Source of the DNA: a virus
Direction: 5' to 3' (one strand)
DNA: 64,000 nucleotides
IMG/VR virus record: IMGVR_UViG_3300017986_004441
Location: 17,285-81,284 of that record
Shown: positions 29,563-38,911 of the stretch, in pieces
Numbering within the stretch: position 1 is the stretch's first letter
Layout: every line of letters begins with the position of its first letter
Translations under genes and position numbers: made by a program
Notes under the pieces: model-generated
Database searches by the model: none
What the model was told of the DNA's origin: nothing
Seen by the model: only the letters and a program-made list of their open reading frames with translations

Positions 29563-30392
29563 TTAGAAATTTCCTGTAAAATTGAATTAAAGTTATTGAC
29601 AGAATAATATTCTTGTATAATTGAGGTTGAAGGCGCTGGCTTTGAGAGACAAGATACCACACATCGATATATATCGTCGTATGTTTTAAAGTTGGTAATT
29701 AAATCTTTTTCTGGATAATTATTTAAATTCATGTTAGTAATAATATTACACCCACATGACAAGCCGCATAATACATTTAGTCTTGAACTGAAATCTAAAA
29801 TGGCTTTATATGGAGATATAGCATCAAATATTGATTTGATGTCAAGAGTGATGGACTTAACTATATTTACATTAATACCCTTCTGTTGTAAAGATGACGC
29901 TATGTTGTTTACCATATTATTGTTTTCTAGATTAAAAATCAAAAGGTCTTTTGTTTTTGGTGAATCTTTTCTGTATTCCGGTATTGCATAATTGCAATTG
30001 ATGGCATTTGATACATATCCATCCGATCGCCTATTGAAATTGATTACATGGACATTATTAATATTTTTTTGCAATATTAGGAGATCTTCTCTTTTGGTTT
30101 TTGACAAATCATCATGATTAAAGATAAGCAGATCAGTATTAGTATTAAATATATTATCTATTTGTTCTGCATTGACAAACACAGAATTTAGTGCAGTAAA
30201 GTTGTAGTTGATGTCTAATATGGTGGAGTTGTTTTGGTGTTTAATAAATAAAAACCTATCATCTGTCATATCCATTACTAACGCATCAAATATAGACCCA
30301 TGACCATGATACAATATGTTATATCTATGATTCAGTGTCTTGGATTTAATTTTTTGGTAAAGATTATTACTTGACCATTCTGATTTTAACAT
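29559..30392 (-). CDS. Degenerate GT-B glycosyltransferase-like protein
   Basis: 'YKAILDF...VLCGLSCGCNIIT' and the C-terminal 'IQEYYSVNNF' follow the GT-B pattern. Confidence 0.5.
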   Translation of the reverse strand: MLKSEWSSNNLYQKIKSKTLNHRYNILYHGHGSIFDALVMDMTDDRFLFIKHQNNSTILDINYNFTALNSVFVNAEQIDNIFNTNTDLLIFNHDDLSKTKREDLLILQKNINNVHVINFNRRSDGYVSNAINCNYAIPEYRKDSPKTKDLLIFNLENNNMVNNIASSLQQKGINVNIVKSITLDIKSIFDAISPYKAILDFSSRLNVLCGLSCGCNIITNMNLNNYPEKDLITNFKTYDDIYRCVVSCLSKPAPSTSIIQEYYSVNNFNSILQEISK

Positions 30393-31342
30393 AATATGTC
30401 TGCAAGTTGTGATATCGGATATTTACTAGGTTCTTTTTTATGTGATAGTATGTTTTCTTTGAGGCTCTTTTTTATGATGGTATACTGCGTTTGGTTGTGA
30501 TCGCTTAATTTATCTAGATCTAAATCTCCATAGGATATAATGGTGTTATTATTTTTAGAGGCCAAAGAACAATTACTAATTAATTCATATTGATTATTTA
30601 TGGATAAGAATATATCAGCAGAGCTATGGAGAGAGCTTAGTCTGGAATGTGAAAGATTATCTAACATTAATAAGACCTTATCTTCCTTATTGGTGTGCAG
30701 ATCTGATTTGCATTGTTCGTAGTAAGATATTAGATCTTTCTTATTTGATGTGTTTGTTTCGCAACAAATAATAAGGCATATATTGTCATTTTGATTGCAG
30801 CAATCGATAAATGTTGGTATTAATGATCTTATAGAAGCTTTGTCTCCATCATAATTGCCAATAAAATAATATTTTTTATAAGAGGAGTAGATGCCTAGAT
30901 CGAGCGTGTACTTGCTGGTACTTTTGGTCGATTGTGGGTATGGTATTTTAAAAATATTAGAATTAGAGATACCTATATCCAAAAATTTCTCATAGTCGAA
31001 ATCGTTAAAAACAAATATGCCATCAAATTCTTTTAGCTTATTGTGGTACTTGGTATTGATTGATAGGTCTTGTTGGGTTATAGGTATCAAATAATTTTTT
31101 GTATAGCGATTAATAGATGCTGTTTCTATTAAACAATGAGTGATGACGGCATCAGGCATTTTGCTAAGTTCAGACATTCTCAAATAAGGAATGGTCGAAG
31201 ATTTCTCATCATCATACCCAGAATAGATAGGATATGCATATGTTTGTATTTGGTTAAGTGTACATATGTCTTCCAGTATGCTTGCAGAGCAATAGCCTAT
31301 AGCATTGTTGGATTGGAACGGTCCATTATAAAGTATTTTCAT
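30386..31342 (-). CDS. GT-B (GT4-like) glycosyltransferase-like protein
   Basis: 'MKILYNGPF...GY', 'YYFIG', 'LHSSADIFLS'; likely start is ATG 31342. Confidence 0.6.
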   Translation of the reverse strand: MKILYNGPFQSNNAIGYCSASILEDICTLNQIQTYAYPIYSGYDDEKSSTIPYLRMSELSKMPDAVITHCLIETASINRYTKNYLIPITQQDLSINTKYHNKLKEFDGIFVFNDFDYEKFLDIGISNSNIFKIPYPQSTKSTSKYTLDLGIYSSYKKYYFIGNYDGDKASIRSLIPTFIDCCNQNDNICLIICCETNTSNKKDLISYYEQCKSDLHTNKEDKVLLMLDNLSHSRLSSLHSSADIFLSINNQYELISNCSLASKNNNTIISYGDLDLDKLSDHNQTQYTIIKKSLKENILSHKKEPSKYPISQLADILC

Positions 31343-32981
31343 TTTTGTTTTTAAGTTTGGCGTATTGTATGAAGTCATCATTGAATCTTATGTTTTCTTT
31401 TATTACTGCACCTAATTCGTTATTATTATTAATTAGTATATTTAATTGCTCTATGGCGCTATTTATATCATAATGATGATACGACATTCCATTTTGCTGA
31501 AAACCATAATCTATATCATTTAAAATAGTGAGAATTTTATGAGAAGAAAACATATTAATATCTCCAAGGTTATTTTTGCATATAGATATAATATTTTCTA
31601 AGTCTGCATTTTCTTTAATATTTGTGATTTTTTGCATAGATACTGGCCGATCCCAGTGACCAGGTGCCTGCGGCTCTATTTGATCCAAATATTTTTCCCA
31701 TTTCTTTGACACATCGTCCCAATTGTAAAATTTTTCTGTCAATGTTCTTATTTCGGTTCTCTTTTTTTCTACAATAGGAGCTGGCCAGCTCATGACTGTT
31801 TTGATAGCAGAAATCAAATCGTCATTATTGGGATATACCCTAATCGCTCTAGTTTCTAATTCTTTAAAATACGTTTGAACACCAACAGGAAAAGCTTTTA
31901 ATTTTTGAATAATGTCGCACATAGCGCTGTAGTCTATAGTTGCTATGGGGATACCACAAGCTGCTGCCTCTACTTGAGGCATCCCAAAGCCTTCACATAT
32001 TGCATATTGTACATAAATGTCAAAAACGTTATATATGACAGACAATTGCTTTGATTCAATACCAGCTGAAACACTAGGAAAGACTTTATTTTTAGATAGG
32101 CATTTATCGCATATGGTGCTGGGACCAGCAAACACTCCGCATGTAACATCATTGCACTTTTTGCACACATATGTAAAAAGCACCCTATTGGCCAATCTAT
32201 GTTCTTTTAACAGCTCAGGGATGTCCCAGCCTGCATCGGGATAGCTTGTATGTAAATATAAAAATGGTATTTGCTTAACCAGGCTATTATTTTCTAGTTC
32301 ATCCAAAAGACTTCTGAAAGACTTAAACAATTCCGGTATTAGTTTTCTTTTTTGGTTTCTCATTACCGAGCCGATAATAAATGCATCGTTCGGTATATTC
32401 ATTGCTCTTCTGCATTTGGTTTTGTCCTGGATTTTAAAAGTTGAAAGATCTACTCCTGGAGAAGCAGTATCAACATAGTTAATTTGTCCGCTAGATTGTT
32501 TTTCTAGTGTTTTTGCCCCCCAATCAGAATAAGTAAAAATAGCATCAGCGTCTAGGAAGGTGCTGATCCATGATTGTTGCTGTGGGGCAGAATCTACTGT
32601 CGGCATCAGAATCCAATGAAAGAACTTTCTAGCTGGAGAAAGCTCTTGATAACTAGACATCCAATAATCTCTAATGTCTATAACAACATCAGGCTTAAAG
32701 TCAATGACAACTTTATCAAATCTCCACCTACCGAACATATTGTCAGACCTAGATGAATATTCGTTATATCTAGGATCGGTTTTTTGCACAGCGTTTGCAT
32801 AAATAGTCCAAGGGGTCTTTGAATCTCTTGGGTCATTTACATTGGCATAACTTGCAAATTCCGCTATATCATATTTATTGGTATTATATAATCGGGTCAA
32901 TAGTTCTTTGGCATAGATCGAAAAGCCAGAATTGAGGAAACTGGCTTCTGAGCACATCAATATTTTTAATTTTTTCATCAT
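31326..32981 (-). CDS. GT4-family glycosyltransferase with inserted Zn finger
   Basis: 'KILMCSEA...SGF', 'PGVD', 'RNQKRK', 'EGFGMPQVEAAACGIP'; inserted CKKC...CDKC. Confidence 0.88.
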   Translation of the reverse strand: MMKKLKILMCSEASFLNSGFSIYAKELLTRLYNTNKYDIAEFASYANVNDPRDSKTPWTIYANAVQKTDPRYNEYSSRSDNMFGRWRFDKVVIDFKPDVVIDIRDYWMSSYQELSPARKFFHWILMPTVDSAPQQQSWISTFLDADAIFTYSDWGAKTLEKQSSGQINYVDTASPGVDLSTFKIQDKTKCRRAMNIPNDAFIIGSVMRNQKRKLIPELFKSFRSLLDELENNSLVKQIPFLYLHTSYPDAGWDIPELLKEHRLANRVLFTYVCKKCNDVTCGVFAGPSTICDKCLSKNKVFPSVSAGIESKQLSVIYNVFDIYVQYAICEGFGMPQVEAAACGIPIATIDYSAMCDIIQKLKAFPVGVQTYFKELETRAIRVYPNNDDLISAIKTVMSWPAPIVEKKRTEIRTLTEKFYNWDDVSKKWEKYLDQIEPQAPGHWDRPVSMQKITNIKENADLENIISICKNNLGDINMFSSHKILTILNDIDYGFQQNGMSYHHYDINSAIEQLNILINNNNELGAVIKENIRFNDDFIQYAKLKNKNENTL

Positions 32982-32997
32982 TATTTTTTGGACGATA

Positions 32998-33028
32998 CAA
33001 AAATAGCGAGGAATGAATCCTCGCTATT
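32998..33028 (-). terminator. Rho-independent terminator after ssb
   Basis: Minus strand AATAGCGAGGA-ttcat-TCCTCGCTATT hairpin running into a T tract, about 20 nt after the ssb stop. Confidence 0.85.
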
Positions 33029-33050
33029 CATGGTTAAGAATTAAGATTCA

Positions 33051-33422
33051 TTAAAAGGCTACAGCTTCTTGATCTTCTGATTTCTTGTATCTAGATAGCT
33101 TTGTAAGCTTTGAAAAATTATTTACCCTTACCTTGAAACTATTGTGCTTAACTCCGTCTTTTTCCCAGGAATCGTTTCTTAAGGAACCCTCCACCATGAC
33201 CAGATCACCCTTGGCAAAAGACTCTCCAATAATTTCTGCGCCAGTATCCCAGGCTTCACAGTTGATAAAAGACGTAACCTTGTCTCTATCCCCATTAGCC
33301 TTTGTGTATTCTCTTGATGTAGCAACAGTAAAGTTGACTACAGCAGTCTCTTTTCCTCCAGTATTAACTCGTCGCATTTCTGGATCTCTAGCTAGGTTTC
33401 CTCTAAGAATTACAAGATTCAT
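33051..33422 (-). CDS. ssb: Single-stranded DNA-binding protein
   Basis: 'MNLVILRGNLARDPE...FTVATSR...FINCEAW...KGDLVMVEGSL' with an acidic ...AVAF tail; AAGGAG SD. Confidence 0.95.
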   Translation of the reverse strand: MNLVILRGNLARDPEMRRVNTGGKETAVVNFTVATSREYTKANGDRDKVTSFINCEAWDTGAEIIGESFAKGDLVMVEGSLRNDSWEKDGVKHNSFKVRVNNFSKLTKLSRYKKSEDQEAVAF

Positions 33423-33472
33423 TTAAATCTCCTTAATTATAAAAATATAAAATAACCAAACCAACTGATACT

Positions 33473-33500
33473 ATTATAGCAGAACTGTTCCGTTTGTCAA
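33473..33500 (-). promoter_or_regulatory. Consensus sigma70 promoter for ssb
   Basis: TTGACA-16nt-TATAAT with extended -10 TGn (ttgacaaacggaacagttctgctataat). Confidence 0.8.
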
Positions 33501-35119
33501 GACTGCGGCTCAAAACATTTTTCTACTATGAGGCTATCTTTGTTTTTAGACTTTTTCCCAGTAAAAACTAACACATTGCCTTCAAAAATATGTGTTTTGT
33601 ATTGTTCCCAAACGTCAGGAAATAATATGATTGAGTCAAGTATTCCGTATTGGTCCTCTCCAGTTACAAAAGCCATCTCTGATCCTGGATTCTTACCTGT
33701 TTTTGTTTTGGTTATATTAATAGATGATATTTCGGCAGCCATAATGATATCAGACTTATATGTGGTTTTAAAATCTTTGCAGTTAGTATTGGTTGTGTCT
33801 ATGTCGTAAGAGTCTAATTTTGAGCATGTGATGGCTGTACCCAGTAAAGAATTTTCGGAATCAGACAACCATTCTATTTTATCTACCATAGAATACGGCG
33901 GATTGTCTATGGTTTTTATAAGATTGGCAATGATTTCTTTTCTATTCTTATTTATTTTTTCCTGCAAGAGTCCGACTAATATATTTTTTAAAGACTGATT
34001 ATCTTTTTTAATATAAGTATCACATTTTTCTATTTCTTTTTTTGTTAAGGAAGAAAATATCTCATATTCAAATAACATTTCTGTTCTTGTTTTTTTGTAG
34101 AAGTCCAAGGAGCCACAACATATTAAGGCTTTGGTTGCAGTACTATTGATATTACATAGTATCATAGATAACATTTGGTACCAATTAATATTATTGATAT
34201 CTATTTGGTCTTTTTCTATTATTTGTTGCATCTTTTGAAAAACAGAATTGCCTACACCCTTAATATCTGTTAGTCCAAAAAATATCTTGCCAAACTTGAT
34301 AGAAAACAGCTGATTCATATGTCTTATATCTGGTGTTTGGATAATAATATCCATTTCGTTGGCGTTTCTAACGAGCTCTTTTATTTCTTGTTGTGGATCT
34401 ATTTTGTCTTTTGCAAATTTCAAATAAGAAGCAAAAAATATTCTTGGAAAATGAGCCTTGGTATATGCAGATAAGTAGGCATTCATCGCGTATGATATTG
34501 CATGGCTTTTATTGAAAGAATATCTCTGACTTTTTTCTATCCATCCAAAAATCTCTTCTGCCGTATCTTTATCTACGGTTTTTTGTTTTAGTGCGCCTTC
34601 AATAAAAGACTTTTTGACCTTAGCCATCAGGTCAGCCTTTTTCTTTCCAATAGCCTTTCTTAAAACGTCTGCTTCTTTTAGGTCAAAGCCAGAAACAACC
34701 CTTGCTATTTCCATAGCCTGCTCCTGATATATCATTTCTCCATAACTTTTTTCAAGAGGACTTTTTAAAGATGGATGATAATAATCTACTGTTTCTTGTC
34801 CATTTTTTTTATCAATATAATGATTACTTACGCTTTTACCGTCTCTATAGGCCTCAAGGCATCCCGGCCTTAAAATACTAATCAGGCCCGCTAAATGCTC
34901 TATATTTCTTGGTTTTAGCTTTTTGGACATACTTTGACCAAGTCTTGACTCTAACTGAAAACATCCTTTAGTATTGCCAGAGGATATCAAGTCCCAAGTT
35001 TTTTCACATTCTAGATTAATTTTTTCTAATCTAGGATCAAATTCAATCTTAGGAAAGTCGCCACTATTGTCCAATACTCTAAATTTGCATCCACAATCGA
35101 ATGTAAAAATTTCAGCCAT
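33497..35119 (-). CDS. dnaE: DNA polymerase III alpha subunit, C-terminal part (fingers, HhH, OB)
   Basis: 'GCFQLES', 'LRPG', 'IYQEQAM', 'LRKAIGKK', 'YSFNKSHA', 'GLTDIKGVG', 'MAFVTGED'. Confidence 0.92.
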   Translation of the reverse strand: MAEIFTFDCGCKFRVLDNSGDFPKIEFDPRLEKINLECEKTWDLISSGNTKGCFQLESRLGQSMSKKLKPRNIEHLAGLISILRPGCLEAYRDGKSVSNHYIDKKNGQETVDYYHPSLKSPLEKSYGEMIYQEQAMEIARVVSGFDLKEADVLRKAIGKKKADLMAKVKKSFIEGALKQKTVDKDTAEEIFGWIEKSQRYSFNKSHAISYAMNAYLSAYTKAHFPRIFFASYLKFAKDKIDPQQEIKELVRNANEMDIIIQTPDIRHMNQLFSIKFGKIFFGLTDIKGVGNSVFQKMQQIIEKDQIDINNINWYQMLSMILCNINSTATKALICCGSLDFYKKTRTEMLFEYEIFSSLTKKEIEKCDTYIKKDNQSLKNILVGLLQEKINKNRKEIIANLIKTIDNPPYSMVDKIEWLSDSENSLLGTAITCSKLDSYDIDTTNTNCKDFKTTYKSDIIMAAEISSINITKTKTGKNPGSEMAFVTGEDQYGILDSIILFPDVWEQYKTHIFEGNVLVFTGKKSKNKDSLIVEKCFEPQS

Positions 35120-35128
35120 TGTATATTT

Positions 35129-35815
35129 CTATTTAAAAGAATCCTTAAATTTAATCTTTGGTGACATGCTTCTAAAAAGTTTCATAAATCTAATTAGAAT
35201 TTCTGCTGTGTCCTGTACATCTTTAAGAGCGTCATGAGCATTTTCTTTAGATAATCCTAGATAATCTCTAAGATTGTCTAATGTATAATTTTTAAGTTCA
35301 CTATTTCCTTCGAACCAATAAAATATAACATTCATAACATCTAAAACATCTCTAGGAAAAAACAGATCGGTTTTATTTTCCTTGTTTGTGTTTTTATATC
35401 TCTGGCTCAATCTGTTGATGATTGGCAAATCGAACCTGTTAATATTGTATCCGGCAGCAATCGGGGCACTAAAACAGCTTTTTTTAGTTGACCTACTGTG
35501 ATACATTTGTAGATAATTAACAAACATTTTCCATGCCTGCTCTTGCTTTTGACTAGATTTCCAGTCCTTCAAAATTTGAGCTTTGCTAACTCCTCTAACC
35601 TTAGAGTGAAAGTCTAAAACATCAGAGTCATCATATGTATAATCCTCATTTTCTTCTAGAGCAGATGGTCGCAGAGATATATTAAATTCTGAATCTGGTA
35701 CTATCTCTAATTTTATTGGGTCAACAATAACAGCTGCTATTTGTACCGGACTGCATACATCTGGATTGCAGCCATCTGTCTCTAGATCGAAAACACATAT
35801 CTTATTCCTATTAAT
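35129..35815 (-). CDS. DEDDh 3'-5' exonuclease (DnaQ-like); start extended to a non-canonical ATT
   Basis: The frame continues upstream of the tracked ORF to 'INRNKICVFDLETDG' (ExoI). It also has 'GYNINRFDL' (ExoII) and 'AHDALKDV' (ExoIII). An in-frame TGA lies just upstream of ATT 35815, and GGAGGTG ends 4 nt before it. Confidence 0.85.
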   Translation of the reverse strand: MNRNKICVFDLETDGCNPDVCSPVQIAAVIVDPIKLEIVPDSEFNISLRPSALEENEDYTYDDSDVLDFHSKVRGVSKAQILKDWKSSQKQEQAWKMFVNYLQMYHSRSTKKSCFSAPIAAGYNINRFDLPIINRLSQRYKNTNKENKTDLFFPRDVLDVMNVIFYWFEGNSELKNYTLDNLRDYLGLSKENAHDALKDVQDTAEILIRFMKLFRSMSPKIKFKDSFK

Positions 35816-35990
35816 TTTTCACCTCCACTTTGATATCTGGCTGAATAAATGTCCTATCATTGGCATTGCCAACCACATGACAATTAACGCTTCTGCAACA
35901 ACTAACTTTGACGGTATTAACTTTTACATATGTCTTATTATTTAAGTCAAATTGTTCGCCAATAGCGACGTCTTTAAAAGATTTTTGCAT
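35811..35990 (-). CDS. Small hypothetical protein (59 aa)
   Basis: MQKSFKDVAIGEQFDLNNKTYVKV...EVKN*; GGAG SD; fills the gap between dnaE-N and the exonuclease. Confidence 0.7.
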   Translation of the reverse strand: MQKSFKDVAIGEQFDLNNKTYVKVNTVKVSCCRSVNCHVVGNANDRTFIQPDIKVEVKN

Positions 35991-35993
35991 AAT

Positions 35994-37865
35994 TTATTCT
36001 CCACTATGTAGTAATTGTGAAATAGACATAACCTTATCGAGCATAGCCACCCCCAGAATATCAAATTTAATAATACCAATAGATTCCAAGTCTTGCATTT
36101 CCATGCCAGCTATTGTTGTCTTGTTTTTTGTATCATAAATCATGGGACAGATATTATTTAGGTTGTGACTACTAATAACTACACCGGCAGCATGTTTTGA
36201 CTGATTTGATTTGGTGCCCTCTAATCTAATAGCTTGCTCAAATCTTTTGGCAAGGGGACCCTTCAGTGTATTGTCTTTTTCATCAATATAGCACCATTCT
36301 TTTAGCTTATCGGCGTTATTCTCTAGAGCCCATCTAATAATAGAGGCTTCGCCACCATCTTCTTTCATTTCTTGTAATTCATCGGCTATTTTTGCTTCGT
36401 CTGGAATAAATTTTGTAATTCTGTTCATTTCATCAAAACTAATATTTCCATATACCCTTAATACTTCTTTAAGGGCGCCTCTGCCTTTCATGGTGTTAAA
36501 AGTAATCATCTGAGACACTTTTGATTCACCATATCTATTTCTAATATACGATATGATTTCTTCTCTTTTATTGATTGGTACATCCACATCTATATCTGGC
36601 ATAGAGATTCTGTCTTTAGTATTTCTTCCAGAATTATAAAATCTTTCAAATATAAGATCATATTTTATTGGGTCTATAGATGTTATGCCTATTAAATAGG
36701 ACACTAAGCACCCAGCGGCACTGCCTCTGCCTGGACCAGCTAACCATCCACGAGATTTAATATAGTTAACAATATCCGCAACAATTAAGAAATAACTAGA
36801 AAGGTCAGCTCCCTGTAAAACTTCTAATTCTTTTTTGATGCGTTCTACATAAATATTATGGTCTTCTTTTGGTATATGATTTGCAATTTTTTCCTGCCAT
36901 CCATTTCTACATAATTGCCTTAGATATTCATCTGGATTCTGATTATCTGGACACTGAAATGGAGGCAATAATGGTTTGTGTAAAATATCATAATCTTCAC
37001 ACATGCTGTCTATATAAAGTGTATTCTCTACCTCTTCCTGGGTATGTATTTCGTTAATCTCTTTTGGATCAAGTATATAATACTTGTCAGACTTAAAAAA
37101 ACATTCAAATGGTACAGATTCTTCGTTGACAATTTTTTTATTAATATTGGATAGCGTAGTTTTTATATTATTGCACAACAATATTCTTTGATCTATGGCA
37201 TCTTCTTGCTCTGCATAGTGTGCATCGGGTGTACAGATAATTTTGGTTTTTGTTAGCTTTCCCAGGCCTCTAACAATGTCTGTAAGCTCTTTTTGTCTGG
37301 GCATATTTTGTTGATCCATTAGTTGTGACTCAAGGAAAAAGTTATCACTTCCAAAAATTTCTTTCATCTCCGCAATAAAATCCACACATTTGCCTTTGTA
37401 GTCTGTGGGATTTTGTTCAACTATATCGGCAATATATGATCCCATATGCCCACAAAATGCAATTAAATTATTATGTGATACTATATCTTTTAGTTTACAG
37501 ATAGACAATCTTGGTTTTTTATAGTAATTTTCAGGATCGTTAGATTTAGAAACGATTTGTATTAAATTTTTCCAACCTGTTAGATTTTTGGCCAGTACTA
37601 TAAAATGTGTTAGGTCAATATTTTCTTTAGATTTTATACTAGAATCATCGAACGATAAATATAATTCACATCCAAGTATGGGCTTGATATTTTTAGCTTT
37701 TAGTGCGGTATGTATTTGTACAGCACCGGATATGGATCCATGGTCTGTAATGGCACAACTCGGTACTCCTATTTTATTGCACCTATTGGCTATCTGTTCA
37801 GGTCTTGACAAACCATCCAATAAAGAATAGTGGCTATGCACATGCAAAGGTATATAGTTTTTCAT
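35994..37865 (-). CDS. dnaE: DNA polymerase III alpha subunit, N-terminal part (PHP + palm)
   Basis: 'YIPLHVHSHYSLLDG', 'AITDHG', 'PGRGSAAG', 'FERF', 'PDIDVD', 'HAAGVVI', 'KFDILG'. Confidence 0.95.
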   Translation of the reverse strand: MKNYIPLHVHSHYSLLDGLSRPEQIANRCNKIGVPSCAITDHGSISGAVQIHTALKAKNIKPILGCELYLSFDDSSIKSKENIDLTHFIVLAKNLTGWKNLIQIVSKSNDPENYYKKPRLSICKLKDIVSHNNLIAFCGHMGSYIADIVEQNPTDYKGKCVDFIAEMKEIFGSDNFFLESQLMDQQNMPRQKELTDIVRGLGKLTKTKIICTPDAHYAEQEDAIDQRILLCNNIKTTLSNINKKIVNEESVPFECFFKSDKYYILDPKEINEIHTQEEVENTLYIDSMCEDYDILHKPLLPPFQCPDNQNPDEYLRQLCRNGWQEKIANHIPKEDHNIYVERIKKELEVLQGADLSSYFLIVADIVNYIKSRGWLAGPGRGSAAGCLVSYLIGITSIDPIKYDLIFERFYNSGRNTKDRISMPDIDVDVPINKREEIISYIRNRYGESKVSQMITFNTMKGRGALKEVLRVYGNISFDEMNRITKFIPDEAKIADELQEMKEDGGEASIIRWALENNADKLKEWCYIDEKDNTLKGPLAKRFEQAIRLEGTKSNQSKHAAGVVISSHNLNNICPMIYDTKNKTTIAGMEMQDLESIGIIKFDILGVAMLDKVMSISQLLHSGE

Positions 37866-38911
37866 TCTGTACTTCCTGGGGCTTTGTAATGACCTACATT
37901 ATACCCTGGCATCGTGTATTCGTCAACCACATTTTTCATGCCTTTGAGCTGTATGTCGTGGGCTACCTGTTCACACATTGTCATCTCATTACCAGGAGAA
38001 CAAATCTGCCCATCCCTATATTCTAGTATCGGCATCACATGATCTATGTCTTTAAAAGAATTTTTCCCATAATGGCATAATTTTGTACATTTCCAGGTTT
38101 TAGATAGTTTTGGCCTTTTGGTTTGTTTGATATGATGAAATTTTTGTCTCAATAAATCTTCTGTTTTCTGTAAATCAGATTTGTCAAAACTCATACTAAA
38201 AGGTCCACCATCATTGATAAAAAAAATAGTTACTATACAATTATCTATTTCTGGGTATAATTTTTGTACAGCATAATAGTATATCATTAATTGAGGGTCT
38301 TTTTCTAGTTTTTCTTGTGTCTTTTCTTGTCCTGTGGCCCAGTCTAGTCTTCTTCCTGTTTTCCAGTCCACAATTTCTAAGGTGTTTGAGGATGGTCTAG
38401 TGATTAAGTCAATTGTGCCTTTGATGGCCAATTTGCCCTTAAGTGTTTCTCCATTAGATAATTTATATTCATATTCTGCCCATGGCTTATCTATAGTGAT
38501 ATCGAATCTCTGTTCCGGATACAGTATTTCTCTATTTCTTGGGTCAAACATACCATCGGCATATTCAATGGCTTTATATGTCCACTTTCTACAGTCTCTG
38601 AAGTCAGTTGTTGTCCATTGATGGTGCGTGAAACTAGAAGTATAATATTGATATACTCTTTCTATTATATCATCTAGATTATAATTATAGGCATTAATTT
38701 TCCCTAAAATATCATCTTCAAAAGTCTGTTCCCCCTTTTGCATCGTAAACTTTACGAAAGCGAGTATCTCCAGGGCCTTATGCACTATGGTGCCTTTATC
38801 TGCCTTCTTATTAGACGGAGATCTATACCCCATGACATAATCAAAGAAGTATTGTTGTTCGCACATGTTGTGCGTATTGTAACTAGAACTACGAAAATAT
38901 GTAATAATTAT
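37862..38911 (-). CDS. Cas4/RecB-like PD-(D/E)xK exonuclease; probable non-canonical ATA start
   Basis: 'GTIVHKALE', 'KGTIDL...IVDWKTG', 'QLMIY' and Fe-S-type cysteines. The N-terminal 'IITYFRSSSYN' lies upstream of the first ATG (38866) and downstream of an in-frame TAA. Confidence 0.85.
   Translation of the reverse strand: MIITYFRSSSYNTHNMCEQQYFFDYVMGYRSPSNKKADKGTIVHKALEILAFVKFTMQKGEQTFEDDILGKINAYNYNLDDIIERVYQYYTSSFTHHQWTTTDFRDCRKWTYKAIEYADGMFDPRNREILYPEQRFDITIDKPWAEYEYKLSNGETLKGKLAIKGTIDLITRPSSNTLEIVDWKTGRRLDWATGQEKTQEKLEKDPQLMIYYYAVQKLYPEIDNCIVTIFFINDGGPFSMSFDKSDLQKTEDLLRQKFHHIKQTKRPKLSKTWKCTKLCHYGKNSFKDIDHVMPILEYRDGQICSPGNEMTMCEQVAHDIQLKGMKNVVDEYTMPGYNVGHYKAPGSTE

Noticed and set aside
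35120-35993. Split intein or group I intron interrupting dnaE
   Set aside because: There are no intein terminal motifs, and the gap is fully occupied by two coding genes with no room for a ribozyme core.
37862-38911. CRISPR-Cas system suggested by the Cas4-like gene
   Set aside because: No array or other cas genes are present; solo Cas4-like nucleases are common in phage replication modules.
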